Made by a program: the position numbers and the translations under genes | The notes under the pieces: generated by a model | The model's input: the letters and a program-made list of their open reading frames with translations, nothing else | What the model was told of the DNA's origin: nothing | Databases searched by the model: none | Source of the DNA: Vicugna vicugna | Taxonomy: Eukaryota | Direction of reading: 5' to 3' | NCBI GenBank assembly: GCA_013265495.1 | Contig: MU057560.1 | Location: 186,001-250,000, forward strand | Length of the DNA stretch: 64,000 bases | Shown: in pieces, positions 48,654-60,520 of the stretch | Numbering within the stretch: the stretch's first letter is position 1 | Layout of the letters: each line of letters begins with the position of its first letter

Positions 48654-49018
48654 TGCTGCGGCATGAATATGTATATCTCCCCTAAATTCATATGTTCAAA
48701 GCCTAAACCTCAAGGTGATGGCATTTGGAGGTGTGGCCTTTGGGAGATGATTAGGGGGTGAGGGCAGAGCCGTGGTATTAGAGCCCTTATAAGGGAGACA
48801 TCACAGGGTTCCCTTGTCTCTTCCACCATAGTGAGAAAACAGTCACCATCAGCGGGGAAGCGGGCTCGACCAGACACCAAAGCTGCCAGCATCATGATCT
48901 TGGACGTCCAGCCTCCAGAAACGTGAGAAGTAAATGTCTGCTATTTATTAACCAAACAAGCTATGGTGTTTTTTTGTTTTTTGGGTTTTTTTTTTAGTGG
49001 CTGGAATGGACTAAGACA
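48654..49018 (+). mobile_element. MLT1A/A0 MaLR solo LTR with perfect 5-bp TSD (GGTGA)
   Basis: tgctgcggcatgaat...aaattcatatgttcaaagcc...ggactaagaca; ggtga at 48649-48653 and 49019-49023. Confidence 0.92.
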
Positions 49019-51239
49019 GGTGAGTTCAATTTCTCCACGTCTTTGCTTCTCCATCCATATGAAGGCCTATTGCTTCCGGCCCCCATGCTCTTCCCTGAAA
49101 GCGACGAGATGAAACTGGCCTGCGGCGCGAGAAGACTGCACTCTTTGGGAGGATTTAAAAGTTATTTATGGACTTTGGACTTCTGGGACTTTGCAAAGCA
49201 AGTATTTTTGTGTTTCTGGATCTCAATTGTGGCAGCCCTTTTCAAAAGAAGCAGAGTCAATGGAAACCCCACATGTACAAGTTCTAACCTGAACAGAAGG
49301 CTTGGCAAGCAAGTCATCTAAGAACAAAGCAGCCAGCATCCTCTCTCTAGAGACAAAACACATTATTTCTATGACATGCTTAGTCTCCATCTGCTCAGAG
49401 AAAAGGAGTGAACGTCCCATATGCCTCACCATTGGGCTGGTCCTGCCTGCGAGTATGACTCTCCCCACAATGCAGAATTGAACATTAACTAACTTTAGGC
49501 TGCTTTAATGGAAACAGCATATGGGTATTAAATGAATGAAAACAAATGAATACCTTGATTATTTTGCTCTAGTTTCATGATAATAAAAGCTACGGCCACT
49601 AATCACTGACCAGTCTCTCACAATGTTGGTAAATCTGTTATTCATTTTTTTCTTTCTGAAGAATTCTTAAGCAATACCCATCACCCTCATTGTTGAAATT
49701 ATACATTCATGAAAAAATGAAATACCCCCAATTATGTTATATGGTCATATTTTCCACATAAACACAGGCATTTATTTCCTCTTGCGGTACCCAGAGCCAA
49801 TGCAACATGTAATTTGCTAGGCTATTTGGCAACTAAGAATGATTAAGACCCTGCTGCTTGCAGTTAATATGGTGCAAAACTCGAGTCTGGGGCCAGAAAA
49901 GGAAGTAGGGCTGAAACTGAACTGTTTCTTTGTTTGCGAGAGTGAAAGTTTTGTGGGACTTTGAGCCTGGTTGGGTAGGCTATTGCTACAGAAATGACCA
50001 AAAAGAAAAGCCATTATTTCACTTAATATTTGTGTATTCTATTGTTAATTTTAAGATTTGACTGCCAAGTTACCCCGATAAGGGAAAACATCAGGCTCCA
50101 TTGTCTAGAGGACTTAGTGGTGAGACCAGCAGAAGGGGTCCCAACCTTTGCCACATGGTCCACACCATGCGCCTTGACCACAGACAGCGCTCCTCACCCT
50201 GCAGAGGGCTGCTGTCAATGCTCGTTCTGGGCTACAAAGAAGATAAGGTGAGCTGATGTCAAGGTCAAAGTAAACCTGGTGAAGAAGATAAGCTGGTAGC
50301 AAACATAAAATTACAGACAAAATCAAAGAACTTAGATTCATTTGCCAACGTTAGCTGAGTGAATGAATGGGTGACATTATTCTTTCCTTCTAGATGAGCT
50401 GTTATGTAGCCCTTCAGGTGGAATTATTAGGGAGGGAGAGCATTCTGATGGCGAACAGGGCAGGACTAGAGAGAAAAGCTGTTTCCCGGGGGCGCCATCT
50501 CCTGTTGCAGGGTTTAGTCTAGAAAGCTTTGTTCACTGTCTCTTAAAACTTCCCAGGGTGGAGAGAGATGATTAGGGCTCAACTCTTCAAGTGGACTGGA
50601 GAGAAAGGAAGTGCTCAGAGTAACTCATGAGGTGGCTCTGAAGTCAGGATGACGAATGACAGTCTGTGACCAGTGGGGTCATAGGACCTGCACTCGGAGT
50701 GGAGACCTTCAGAAGACCAGGATGCCACCAGACCCTGGAAGATACTGACCAACACAGGGCAAAGGTGGTTAGAAAAGCCCGGGGGAAACTGAAGATTGTG
50801 CATTCATGCACGACGCCCCAAACACAAAGTACGACAAAGTCAGAACAAATGCATGGCCCCACGCAGCGGCTGGAGCTTTGTCTCCATCCTCCAGAATTCA
50901 TGGTGGTGCACTAGCAGTGGACAGCAGTACTCACTATTAAGGCAGAGGGAGCTGAACGCAAGAATTCAGAGTAAAATGAGCACAGAGGGTACAGGGAGAT
51001 GTAAGCATCCAGCGTCAACTCTGTGATTTTCATTAGTGCCCCTGAACTAAGCTCGATCGCGTCGCCCCCGTGCCATGCAGCTAGGAATCGATGCAGCACA
51101 GCGCTCTCGTCCAAAACATCCCGAAGTTTGGTTCCACTTCAAAAATATTTGAATTGGGTAGATTGGATACCCATTTGGAAGGCTTTCTGGGAGAACTGAG
51201 GAAGCGACAATCTCGGTGTGACCGTGGGAGCCACCGTTG

Positions 51240-51425
51240 CAGGTGTCCGAATCCCACGAACTCACCGTTTAACCTTTGAACCTCATCACATCATATGTGA
51301 ATGGTGACAGTGACAATGACTCTGGCAGCTACTCTCCTCAGGTGTTTCTGTGTTAGGAGGGAGTGGGGTGTGTGAGAACCGTCAGACCCCACATGGAAAG
51401 ACTCTAAACCACCACACGAATGTGT
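51240..51425 (+). mobile_element. Degraded MIR
   Basis: tttaacctttgaacctcatc...catatgtgaatggtgac...ctcctcaggtgtt. Confidence 0.45.
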
Positions 51426-51815
51426 GGAGGTGCAAGGGCTCTCTGCTCTTTTGGTAACATCCCAGGTGTAGAAAATGAGGTTAAGAGAACTTAGGCTGTT
51501 GGAACCCCAGAAATCTTGAGGTTGATTTCCAACGCATTCATACTTTCTCAGCGCAACCCCGTTCTCGAGCGGCTAGCCATAGAGAAAACAACACCTCGAG
51601 TCATCAGAATGAAAAGCAAGACCTCTCTGCGGCCACAGGTCCCGTGTGCCCAGCCTGTGCCGGGCTGAAGGGCGCTCAGCGCGAATGGCTGAGAGAAGGC
51701 AGGGCCTTGCTCTTCCCCGTGCTCTGCGACCTCTGAATAGAAATAGCATGGGGTCTGGGTGCTGGGAGGCCGAGGCTCCCCGACAGAACTATGCCCTCCG
51801 ATTTCCTCTATCCCC

Positions 51816-52469
51816 TGACGCAGGTAAACGATGGTGGGCACTAGTTAAAGTGGGAAGGGCAGATTTTAATCAGTGATGAACTACTGCAGTGGAGGAAAGA
51901 GTCTAGCAAAATTGAACTCCACTTCCACCTGTACAGAGGTGACTGGGTGTTTTAATTGGGGAACCTGGGGGTGGGGGGCGGGCAGGGGCTCAGGAGAGTC
52001 AGAGATGTGAGAATGACGAAAAGTCCTAAGCGGGGGCTGGGCCACGTGAAAGCTCCTGGTGCTTACAGAAGTCGGGCTCCTGCGCTCCCCCCCCCCCCGG
52101 GGGGGGGGGGGGGCAGGGGCTCAGGAGAGTCAGAGATGTGAGAATGACGAAAAGTCCTAAGCGGGGGCTGGGCCACGTGAAAGCTCCTGGTGCTTACAGA
52201 AGTCGGGCTCCTGCGCTCCCCCCCCCCCGCAGGGGCTGGGGCTCGGGGCCCGTCTTCAGTGTCCGCTGGCACCCAGTCGGTTCTTGCGGCAGCCTTGAGC
52301 TCTCTCGGGCGCTTTAGGGGAGCCTGGGCTCATCCAAGGGGTGCGGCCTTGATCGTTAGAAACGGCGTTAGCGTTTGCTCAGGTCTTTATAGGCCCAGGC
52401 TGGGGCCGAGCCGAGGAGCTGGCTTAGAGGGGACTGGCTAGAGTTTAGTCAAGAGAGAGTCTTTGCCCA
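51816..52469 (-). mobile_element. MER31/MER67-like ERV1 solo LTR containing an internal tandem duplication
   Basis: Right end gagtttagtcaagagagagtctttgccca is the reverse complement of the recalled MER31/MER67 start tgacaaagactctctccttgaccaaact; left part cactagttaaagtgggaagggcagattttaatcag resembles the other terminus. Confidence 0.7.
51980..52228 (+). repeat. Perfect tandem duplication, two ~119-bp copies (period 131) joined by C12-G15
   Basis: gggcaggggctcaggagagtc...gtcgggctcctgcgct(C)n at 51980-52098 and 52111-52228, identical apart from C-run length. Confidence 0.97.
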
Positions 52470-53261
52470 AGGCTTTTCTCTACTGAATTTTTGTGTTTTC
52501 ATCATTCTTTCTTGCTCTCTCCTCTCCGCCGCCTTCTCCTTTTATTTTTAGGTGTTACTGCTCCATTCTTCCATCTACCATTCTCTTTGCGCCCTCCCAG
52601 AGCCCTCAAATCTGTTCATTAAACACTTGCCTTAATAGATTACTTCTCTACCTGCTGTTCTAATTTACTTGCCTGATGTTAGAAAGAGTCTGAGTTTACA
52701 GCAAGAGTCTTCTTTCACTAGGATGTCGTGTTTGAAATGGAAGAGAAATCTAATTGTGGAAATGGTCTACGGCATCACTTTTCTACACCGGATACCAGGG
52801 ATGTTTGCGACCGCGGCACTCTCAGGTTTAAAGGCCTTAAAGGGTAACTGTTCCCTTTCACAGAGGAGGAAACTGAGGGCAAGAGAGACACACATGTCCT
52901 TCTGAGATGCTCTTGGCATGCCTGTGCCACGGTGCATTGTAGGGAATTCTCAGGGGTCCTTAAGCCCTGTTGAAGTAACCGCTTCCATGCTAGATTGGCA
53001 CCTCCATGGGACGCGACCCAGGCGTGGAGGCACGAGCCCTCTCTCTTCCTGGATTCCACACACCTCCTGAGGATTCTGCCAGGATCTTTAATCTCAGCTT
53101 TGTGAATATTTTCTCTTTCTTCTCAGCATGTCTTTTAAAAGGTGTTTTTCCCTATCCACTTAAATCCTTCTTGTCCACATCTCCGTCCAACCCAGGACTA
53201 GGGCTTTGAAATTTTAAAGCCAATGTTGACTCCTCTCTGTCTTGGAAATTCTGCTGTGATT

Positions 53262-53672
53262 TGTCATGAGTTGAATGGTGTCCCTTCCCCAAAACTCACC
53301 TGTTGAAGTTCTCGCCCCTAGTGCCTCAGAAGATGATTTTATTTGGAGATAGAATCTCTGCAGATGTAGTAAGTTAAAGTGAGGCCCCTGGAAAGGGCCC
53401 TGGTCCAATATGAGCGGTGTCCCTACAAGGAGAAGAGTTTTGGAGACATGTACATGAGGGAAAGACGATGCGGAAACACAGGGAGAGGATGGTTATTCAT
53501 TAGCCTCGGAGAGAGCCTGGGGTCCATGCTCCCTCGCCGCCTCGGGAGGAACCAGCCCTGCCGACACCTTGATCTTGGACGTCCAGCCTCCAGGTCTGGG
53601 AGACGATACATTTCTGCTGTTTAAGCCATCATGTCTGTGGTGCTTTGTAACGGAAGCCCATGAGGACTGATC
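53262..53672 (+). mobile_element. MLT1B-type MaLR solo LTR
   Basis: tgtcatgagttgaatggtgtccc...tttatttggagatag...ccctgccgacaccttgatcttggacgtccagcctccag...tttctgctgtttaagcca. Confidence 0.88.
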
Positions 53673-54419
53673 TGCTTATCTTCCTGCTGCATTAAGTGCA
53701 CAGGGCAGGGGACAGCTGGACAGTGGAAGACCCCAGTTCCCGCTTTAGGTTAAGCTCTCACCCCATGTACAGAGGGTTGAAGCTGAAGTGGGGAATCCTA
53801 AAATCTGTCCCCTTGGCCTCCACTGCCATCCTCTTAGTGTGCCGGCCATTTGAGGGGACTTCGTGAATCTTCAGTGTCCATTAGAGCATAATTAGTGCGG
53901 GGGAAGCACTGCCTTTTACAAATGAGGTCTACAGAGGTTGCTATGTGTCCATAAGACCTGTGTTTAAAGGAAATGTAGTTGGTTTGTGCTTGAAGAGGTT
54001 GTGTCTGTCCGCTGACCTTTCTTTTTAAATAACTGTGCTTATCGGCAGGAAAGAGAGTTGGCAAAGACAGCCAAAGGCATGCTGAGCAGAGAAGGGAAAA
54101 ATGCAACTTTATAAAGGTCAGCGACGGAGTAAAAGACTTGATTGAGCGGAACTTCCATTTCTAGGTCTGTATTTCACGCGAATGGAGATACCGGCTGGAT
54201 TCTGAGTCACGTGAAAATCAGCAAACATTCTCTGATGCCCACTAGCTGCTGCTACCGCAGTAAATCCTGTAGTGGCAGGAAAGGAGACTTACCCCATAGT
54301 TCCTTGTCTTCCGGCACTTCCTCTGGTCAGTTTTGAAATGGTGGAAATACATATAATATATACACTGGACAAAAGTGATGGCAGGAGGGTCGTCAGTGTT
54401 GACGACCAAACACCACATG

Positions 54420-54580
54420 CGTGATCTTATTGTAGTCCTAAAACTAACCGTCAGAGGGACATATCCATTGTCAGAACAGGGGCGGGGCCCTGGGACTCAG
54501 AGGGCAGCAGTGCAGTGATGATGTCGTCGAGTAAGGGAGTGGCCACGCTGGACGGAGCGTGGGTTCTAGACCCCTGACTG
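54420..54580 (-). mobile_element. Degraded MIR
   Basis: gatcttattgtagtcctaaaactaacc...ctgggactcagaggg; weak. Confidence 0.4.
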
Positions 54581-54610
54581 AGAGGCGGCTCCCGCCCCCC
54601 TCAGCTCAGG

Positions 54611-54769
54611 CAGGGGCAGCTTCCGGGGTGTGACCTGCACAGAGCCCTGGGCTCAGAGATGCCCTGTCGGATTTAATGCTCTGTTTTGTCTTGAAAGTTC
54701 TAATATTTTTGAACAAGGGATTGCCTTTGCACTTTACATGCGGCGCGACTAATTGTTTATCCCGTCCTG
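54611..54769 (-). mobile_element. MER53 (hAT MITE)
   Basis: caggggcagcttc...tttaatgctctg...tcttgaaagttctaatatttttgaacaaggg...cccgtcctg, the reverse complement of MER53 with cagg/cctg termini. Confidence 0.85.
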
Positions 54770-55244
54770 GGTGCAGGCAGTCATTTTTTTGTGTTGAAGT
54801 TAGGCAAATGGCATAAATCTTTCTGCCACAATTTTAGTTTTATGATTCACTTTGAAATGGCTCAAATCTATAAGTGATTATTGCAATATGATGGGATCAC
54901 TGGGAGATTCCACAGTGAAGTTTCACTTACGCATCCCTCTGTAGCCGGCAAATCCTTAGCTTCCTTCAAGAGAAGCAGCGATGATGTATGTATTCTTTAA
55001 CCATGATGTATGGACCTGAGGACTCTTAGAAACAATAAAACCCAGGACTTTAATGTTCCTTTGAGGCATATCGACACTTTATCAAGCATTTAAAGTTGAG
55101 AAAATAAACAATGTTCTGCTGAAAGTTTGTATCAAAGAGATCACTTTTGATTAAAAACTAAAATAAAGCATATTTAATTTTTCTGTATTTGGTAATAAAG
55201 AGAAAGATTGATTTTTATACAAAGGCAGGGAAATTTAGAAGAAA

Positions 55245-55435
55245 AAAGGAGAATCTTTGGGTCCAATAGACCTGGATTCAAATCTGATCTCAGGGATTTA
55301 TCAGCTCATCACTAAGACTCTCTAACTTCATTTTCTAATCTGTAAAAGGAAATAATTAAACTTTTTGCAGAAACATTTTGCACATTAGAAGATACATGGC
55401 TGCAAAATCCCTCTGAAATTAACTGACATGCTATC
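55245..55435 (+). mobile_element. MIR SINE
   Basis: agacctggattcaaatctgatctc...tctctaacttcattttctaatctgtaaaaggaaataat. Confidence 0.75.
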
Positions 55436-56283
55436 TGTTTCAAAATTATTGTTTTTCTCTCTTTTTTTTCTCTTATGGAACCATTTGTTCAAACATTTAG
55501 TGATGGCATAACTACGGATAAGAATGTTTCATACAAAGGATTAATTATAAAACTTTTAAGAAAGAAGTTGCAGTCATGATGATACCTGATATATGCATTC
55601 TTAGATGGTGCACTTTAGAAAGAATAAAAAAAAAATTAGGTAGAAACTTGTGACTGGGCTACCACGAGCAAAAATAATCTGAGACCTACCTCAACTCAGG
55701 AGCTCTCTGCTCGTTAAAGACGTGAGAATTACCAAAATAATGAAAAATGTACCCCAAAGAATGATTAAATAGTTTATTGGTCAACATAGTGACTGTGCGA
55801 GACCATGGATTGCGTTTCCTGGTCTTCTTGGATGGAAAGCTTCACCTGGCCCTGGGAGGTTCTTTCGATCATTGGCTGATGTGTCCCAAGTTTACTATCA
55901 TCATAATTTAGTGAATGATGCTGTAAAGCTAGACAAAGACCAGGACCCGTTTTCATTTTTCTACAAATGACCAGGTCTGACGCAGAGTTACTTCTCAGAG
56001 TATCTCACCTGTCTGGTCACCCACTTGGAAAAACAATTAATTAACAAATAAAGAGATAAAATATATAATGGGATAGTCAAAGGAAAATTCCTCGTAAGAA
56101 CTGAGGCCCCCTGAGACCATCCTGTGATGAGTCCGTCTCTCCACAGACAGCAGAACCTGGCTCTATGTCTTTGGATGTTTGTCTCTTCCCAGGAGACAGG
56201 CTGTGTCTTTAGCAGAGAAAGAGGACGGGTGGTGGCCACTAATTCCCTGCATGATGCTACTTTTTTTTTTTTTAAAAAAAGTT

Positions 56284-56554
56284 TTGGTTTGTGAGTCTCT
56301 TTCTGTTTTGTAAATAAGTTCATTTGATTGTTTTTTTTCAGACTCCACATATAAGTTATATGATATTTGTCTTAGCAGATACAGACTACTCTATGCAAAG
56401 TAGGTAAATAACGAGTCCCCACTGTAGAGCACATTCAGCATCTTGTACTAAAATCTATAATGAGGAGGAGCACACATGAATATATAACTGAATCCCTATG
56501 CTGTGCTCTGGAAACTAACACAACACTGTAAATCAACTACACTTCAATACAAGA
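56284..56554 (+). mobile_element. Short 5'-inverted (twin-primed) LINE-1 insertion with TSD
   Basis: 56284-56372 is antisense 3' UTR (tgtgagtctctttctgttttgtaaataagttcatt...gactccacatataag); 56372-56554 is the sense 3' end with A tail; TSD aaaaaaagtt at 56274-56283 and 56555-56564, at a TT|AAAA site. Confidence 0.85.
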
Positions 56555-57254
56555 AAAAAAAGTTGGCTCGCTTTAAGAGAATGGAGTGAAGGAAACAAAA
56601 AAGAAAGAATTGCTTACTTCTTCCCATTTTGGGGTGAGATCACTGCACTCCCCTCTCAGGGAGCACTTGTGACTTCCTGACGTCGGTTGAGTTCTGCTGA
56701 TCAGCTGGCATCTCAATCCTGCATCTGTCCTGCGGTGTCTCGGCTCCATCCCTTCTGGTCACCGTCCTCCTACGGCAGGTCCTCCCATTGCAGGGCGTGG
56801 CTGCCCTCATTCCTCCACCACTGGGACCGGCGCGCCCACTTGAGCTGTAGCGGGGCTCGCTGACGCACTCGGCCTTATTCACGGAGACCTGAGGCAGTCC
56901 ATCCAGCCGCTCTGAGATCTCTCTCCTTTTAGAGCTCACGCGCCGCGCCCGGCTTCTGCTTGCCTTGCCAAGCTGTCCTGTCCTGAGGTCCAGGAGGGCC
57001 TGCACAGGGGCCAGGGATGCCAGGAGAGACAGCTGACCCAGGTCAAGGGTGGGGAGTTTTCCAAAGAACAGCGATTGGGCTCCAGATGGGCAAAGTGACA
57101 TCTCCCAGAATAAAGTGACACTTTTTTCTCACTAATCACCCAGGTTTCCAACTAAGGAGGCTGGAATGACTCGAAGTATTTTAAAAATCACTTTTGCAGC
57201 CTTCAGACCATCCCCAGACCCAGTCAACACAGAGCCTTCAGATACAGACATCGT

Positions 57255-57370
57255 ATTTATTCCCATGACAACCTTACGCTACTGAGGGTCAGGAAACGAA
57301 ATGATTTTCCCCAGATTACACTAATGAGTGCTGGCAGTATGATTTAATCTGATTCCAAAAGCCTCTTCTC
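57255..57370 (-). mobile_element. MIR fragment
   Basis: tttattcccatgacaacctta...actgagggtcagg...gattttccccagattacac. Confidence 0.55.
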
Positions 57371-59084
57371 TTTTTTTTCCCTTTTGCTGTAAACTATTGT
57401 AGCTTTTCTTCTCAAAGCTGCGTGCTCTTGGGCAAATTTAACTTTTTTATGCCTTAACTCAATAGCTGACCCCCAAGGAAGTATCCAGCTCCCGCCTAAC
57501 AACCGCCTGTAGACGTTGTCATGAGCTCAACCAAGTGCAAATGGAAATCTCAGGTCTCAAAGGCAGTAAAGGCTTCTTGTCTTTCAAATACAAAGTGTGT
57601 GTTTGCAAAGGAAAGAAGCACATCTGAAAGACTTAGGTGGCAGGGAAGGTAGACGTGGTGGTCCCCCATTCCCAGCTCTCACCTCCGGCAACTTAAAGTT
57701 GATTGCGTTTTCCTTTTCTTGGCTTGTTTGTTTATTTGTTTGAACTTGACTCTCCTTTTCTCTTGACTTCTTGAAAAGTCCCAGATGGAATGACAAAGCT
57801 CTCAGGACTCTGCCCAGCCACCGGGCTTGCTAAAACCACCAGGACAAAAAAAGCTGTTCAAATTCCTGCTCCGAAAGCACGGCCATCTGGTGTACCCGCT
57901 CTCTCACCTTCCGCATGGCTGTAGATAAGACCGGATAGGGTTCCGTTCCTATGACTCAGGCTGAGCCTCAGAGGGAACCTGAGGCTTCAGCAGCTCAGCA
58001 GAGCTTTACTGTGACATGAAGATTTAACGCTGCCACGGCCAGTGCCTGTGCCTTCATTCCTCCCGCCCTGTTTCTGAGGGTGGTTTGTCAGCCACCTTAA
58101 GCATCGTGGAGAAGTGTGCTCTCCAGAGGTTTCCTTGAGGGGACGTTTGCAGTAGTTCTTTTGTCCCTAAAGAGGAAAAGAGAGTGAATCAGCTTGAGAA
58201 TCGAAGGAGAGAGTGGGGAAGACTGGGAGTTCCTGCTCTAACTCTCCAACTCACATTTTAGAAGGTACGGCTGATGGAATGCGAGTGATGGAATGTGTCA
58301 GCTCTCAGGACGGGAAGGATTCATATTTGCAGTCGGTCTGTTTACGCTGTATCGCATGTGGTAGTGCAGGATATCAAAGGAAGAAGGTCTGCAGGGCTGC
58401 CACCATTTTAAATGAAAAATGTCTCTTCTCCTCATGCGTGGCATTCTAATGCGGCACAGATGGAAACCCATGCTTCCCTGTTTTACTGTTTCTGTACATT
58501 ACACAGGCAATAAATACTGGCCCAACCAAGCTGTAATTTCTAAGGTTCCATATAACCTGTTTTACCAGTATCAGCTGCCACAGGTTATGAATCCCCCAGA
58601 TCCCCTAGAGAAAGCTGCCCAGCTTCCCAGGTTTTATAGACCATTTCAAGGGGACCTCACAAACAAAACGGATGGAACGCAGGGCCCGGATTGTTAACAT
58701 CCACGCAGTTAAAGCTGCATTTGCTTGTTAAGGTTTGCACATTTCAGTTTTGCATTGGGTAGACTGTTTCCCCCTTTCAACTCATATTTATTCACTTACT
58801 CTTTCTGAAAATTAGTTTTCGGTTCTCTGGAGACCTCTTTTTACTGTCAAGGGTGGGCCCACACCTCGTGTGAGAGCCAGGGGAAAGAACTGTTTTGCCA
58901 TGAGTCGTTGTTCTGCCCCAGAATTCAGAGAAGGTCCTGTGGGCTCTGAACACCAGAGAACTGGGCTCCTGCGGAGAAAGGTAAAGAGATTGCTTCCAGG
59001 GGTTTAATGCAATCCCTCGGCAGAGAAGAGATAAACAAAAGGATTGAATACATGCAAATGTGACCCAGCTCCCTGTCCCAGAGG

Positions 59085-59300
59085 CGAACATTTGTTGAGT
59101 GCCTATCATGAGAAAGGTGTTAGGGATTTTAGAAGGCTCCTCTGTCTAAATCACAGCACACCACAAACTGGGTGTCACAATTTCCACTTTACAGGTAAAG
59201 AAACTGGGTTTTGGAACTGCTAAGGATCTTCAGGTCATAGAGCTAGGATCAGTGCAGGGCCGGAAGTTGATGTAAGAGATGTTCTATACCCAAGTCCGTG
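59085..59300 (-). mobile_element. MIR SINE
   Basis: aacatttgttgagtgcctatcatg...ccacttttacaggtaaagaaactggg...aggtcatagagctagg. Confidence 0.75.
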
Positions 59301-60199
59301 TTTCTTCTCTTTTTTGTTTTTTTATTCATTGATGCCCGATCTATTCTGGTTTTGACAACTGGATAAGCGTTGGTATGGCCACCAAAGTCCATCTTCACAC
59401 ATTTAAGTCCTGTGTCTTTGTTGGCCACACAGTTGTGTTGGTCCATGAGCTGCATTCCTTGATACAGACTGGTGGATCGTAGACTTTGACTTCCTTGAAG
59501 ACAAAGTCCTCAGCTTAGTTTCCAGGGGGCTCCTAGCTTGTACACGAGAAGGACTTGCTTACTCCTTATGAAATGAATGGTTTCAGATAGGTGCGTGACT
59601 GCCACAGATCTTCATTTAGTAAAATTGTCCTTTTCTAAATATCACAATGACGAGAATAATTTAAAATGAAAAGCCCTTCTAAAAATACGCTTCTAAATCC
59701 CCAAATGTGGCAATGGCTTCTCTTTTCCCAGGTGATGAAAGTCAGTCCTCCATGCACGTGGCCTGTCCCAAGCCAGCCTTCGATCCCGTCTTCACCGGAG
59801 CTCCAATCCTGTTATTTGATGAAGACTCTCTGCTTGACCAGAGTGGATTCAGGCTGTTCTCAGCCTTCTCCCCAGCTCAGCCTGGCCCTGAGCCATTCTC
59901 ACGTCTAAGCCCTCGGCCAGTGCAGCAAGAACCCCTTCCCGAGCCGTCCCCTCTTGGTGGTTTTCCGTCCCCTGACCCCCTCGCCCGCGGCTCGGCTCCG
60001 ATCCCCAGCTGCCTTTGCCGTGTGTGTCCGGGGCTGAATCTGATGCAACAGTCTGGAATAAAGTCTCCCTTACCACCTTCGCAGGTGTCAGGGCAGTTTT
60101 TCTTTATCACGCTTTCTCAGCAAATACCCCTTTTCAAACACTACCAAAATATATTTAGTTTGTGAATAAGCCACACTGCATCCTTCCCCATTTCTGTAT

Positions 60200-60520
60200 C
60201 TTTGAACACATGATTGATTTTGAAATGCTCCTTCCTTCTTTCTGAAGTAGGAGACCCCTCGCACACCATTTAAGATGCAGCTCAAACGTCGCCTCCTTCC
60301 ACTCCCGGGGGCTTTGAATTTCCCTTTATTAGGCTCCTTGTTACGCTGTGTTTGAGTTGCCACCGCCTTGTCGGTCTCTCCTTCTTCACTGTGAGCTCCT
60401 TGAGCGTGGTCTCCATTCCTTATCAACCTTGGTTAAACATCTTTCCCTTTCTTCCCAGTCCTGCCCTGAACGGGACCTGCTTCTAATAAGGCCTTAAGGA
60501 ATACTGACGGTATGAATGAT
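60200..60520 (+). mobile_element. L2 3' fragment
   Basis: gaaatgctccttcc...ttaagatgcagctcaaacgtcgcctcc...actgtgagctccttgag...tatgaatgatt. Confidence 0.7.

Noticed and set aside
47836..49018. Two same-strand MLT1 LTRs as one MaLR provirus
   Set aside because: Different subfamilies (B-like versus A-like), and the second has its own 5-bp TSD
51980..52228. CRISPR-like or regularly spaced repeat array
   Set aside because: Only two long adjacent copies with no unique spacers, in eukaryotic context; no repeat-spacer array seen anywhere in the window
56640..57101. 153-aa minus-strand ORF in a CpG-rich patch (also 59707-60165, 43160-43600, 31975-32400)
   Set aside because: No recognisable homology; lengths are compatible with chance in GC-rich sequence
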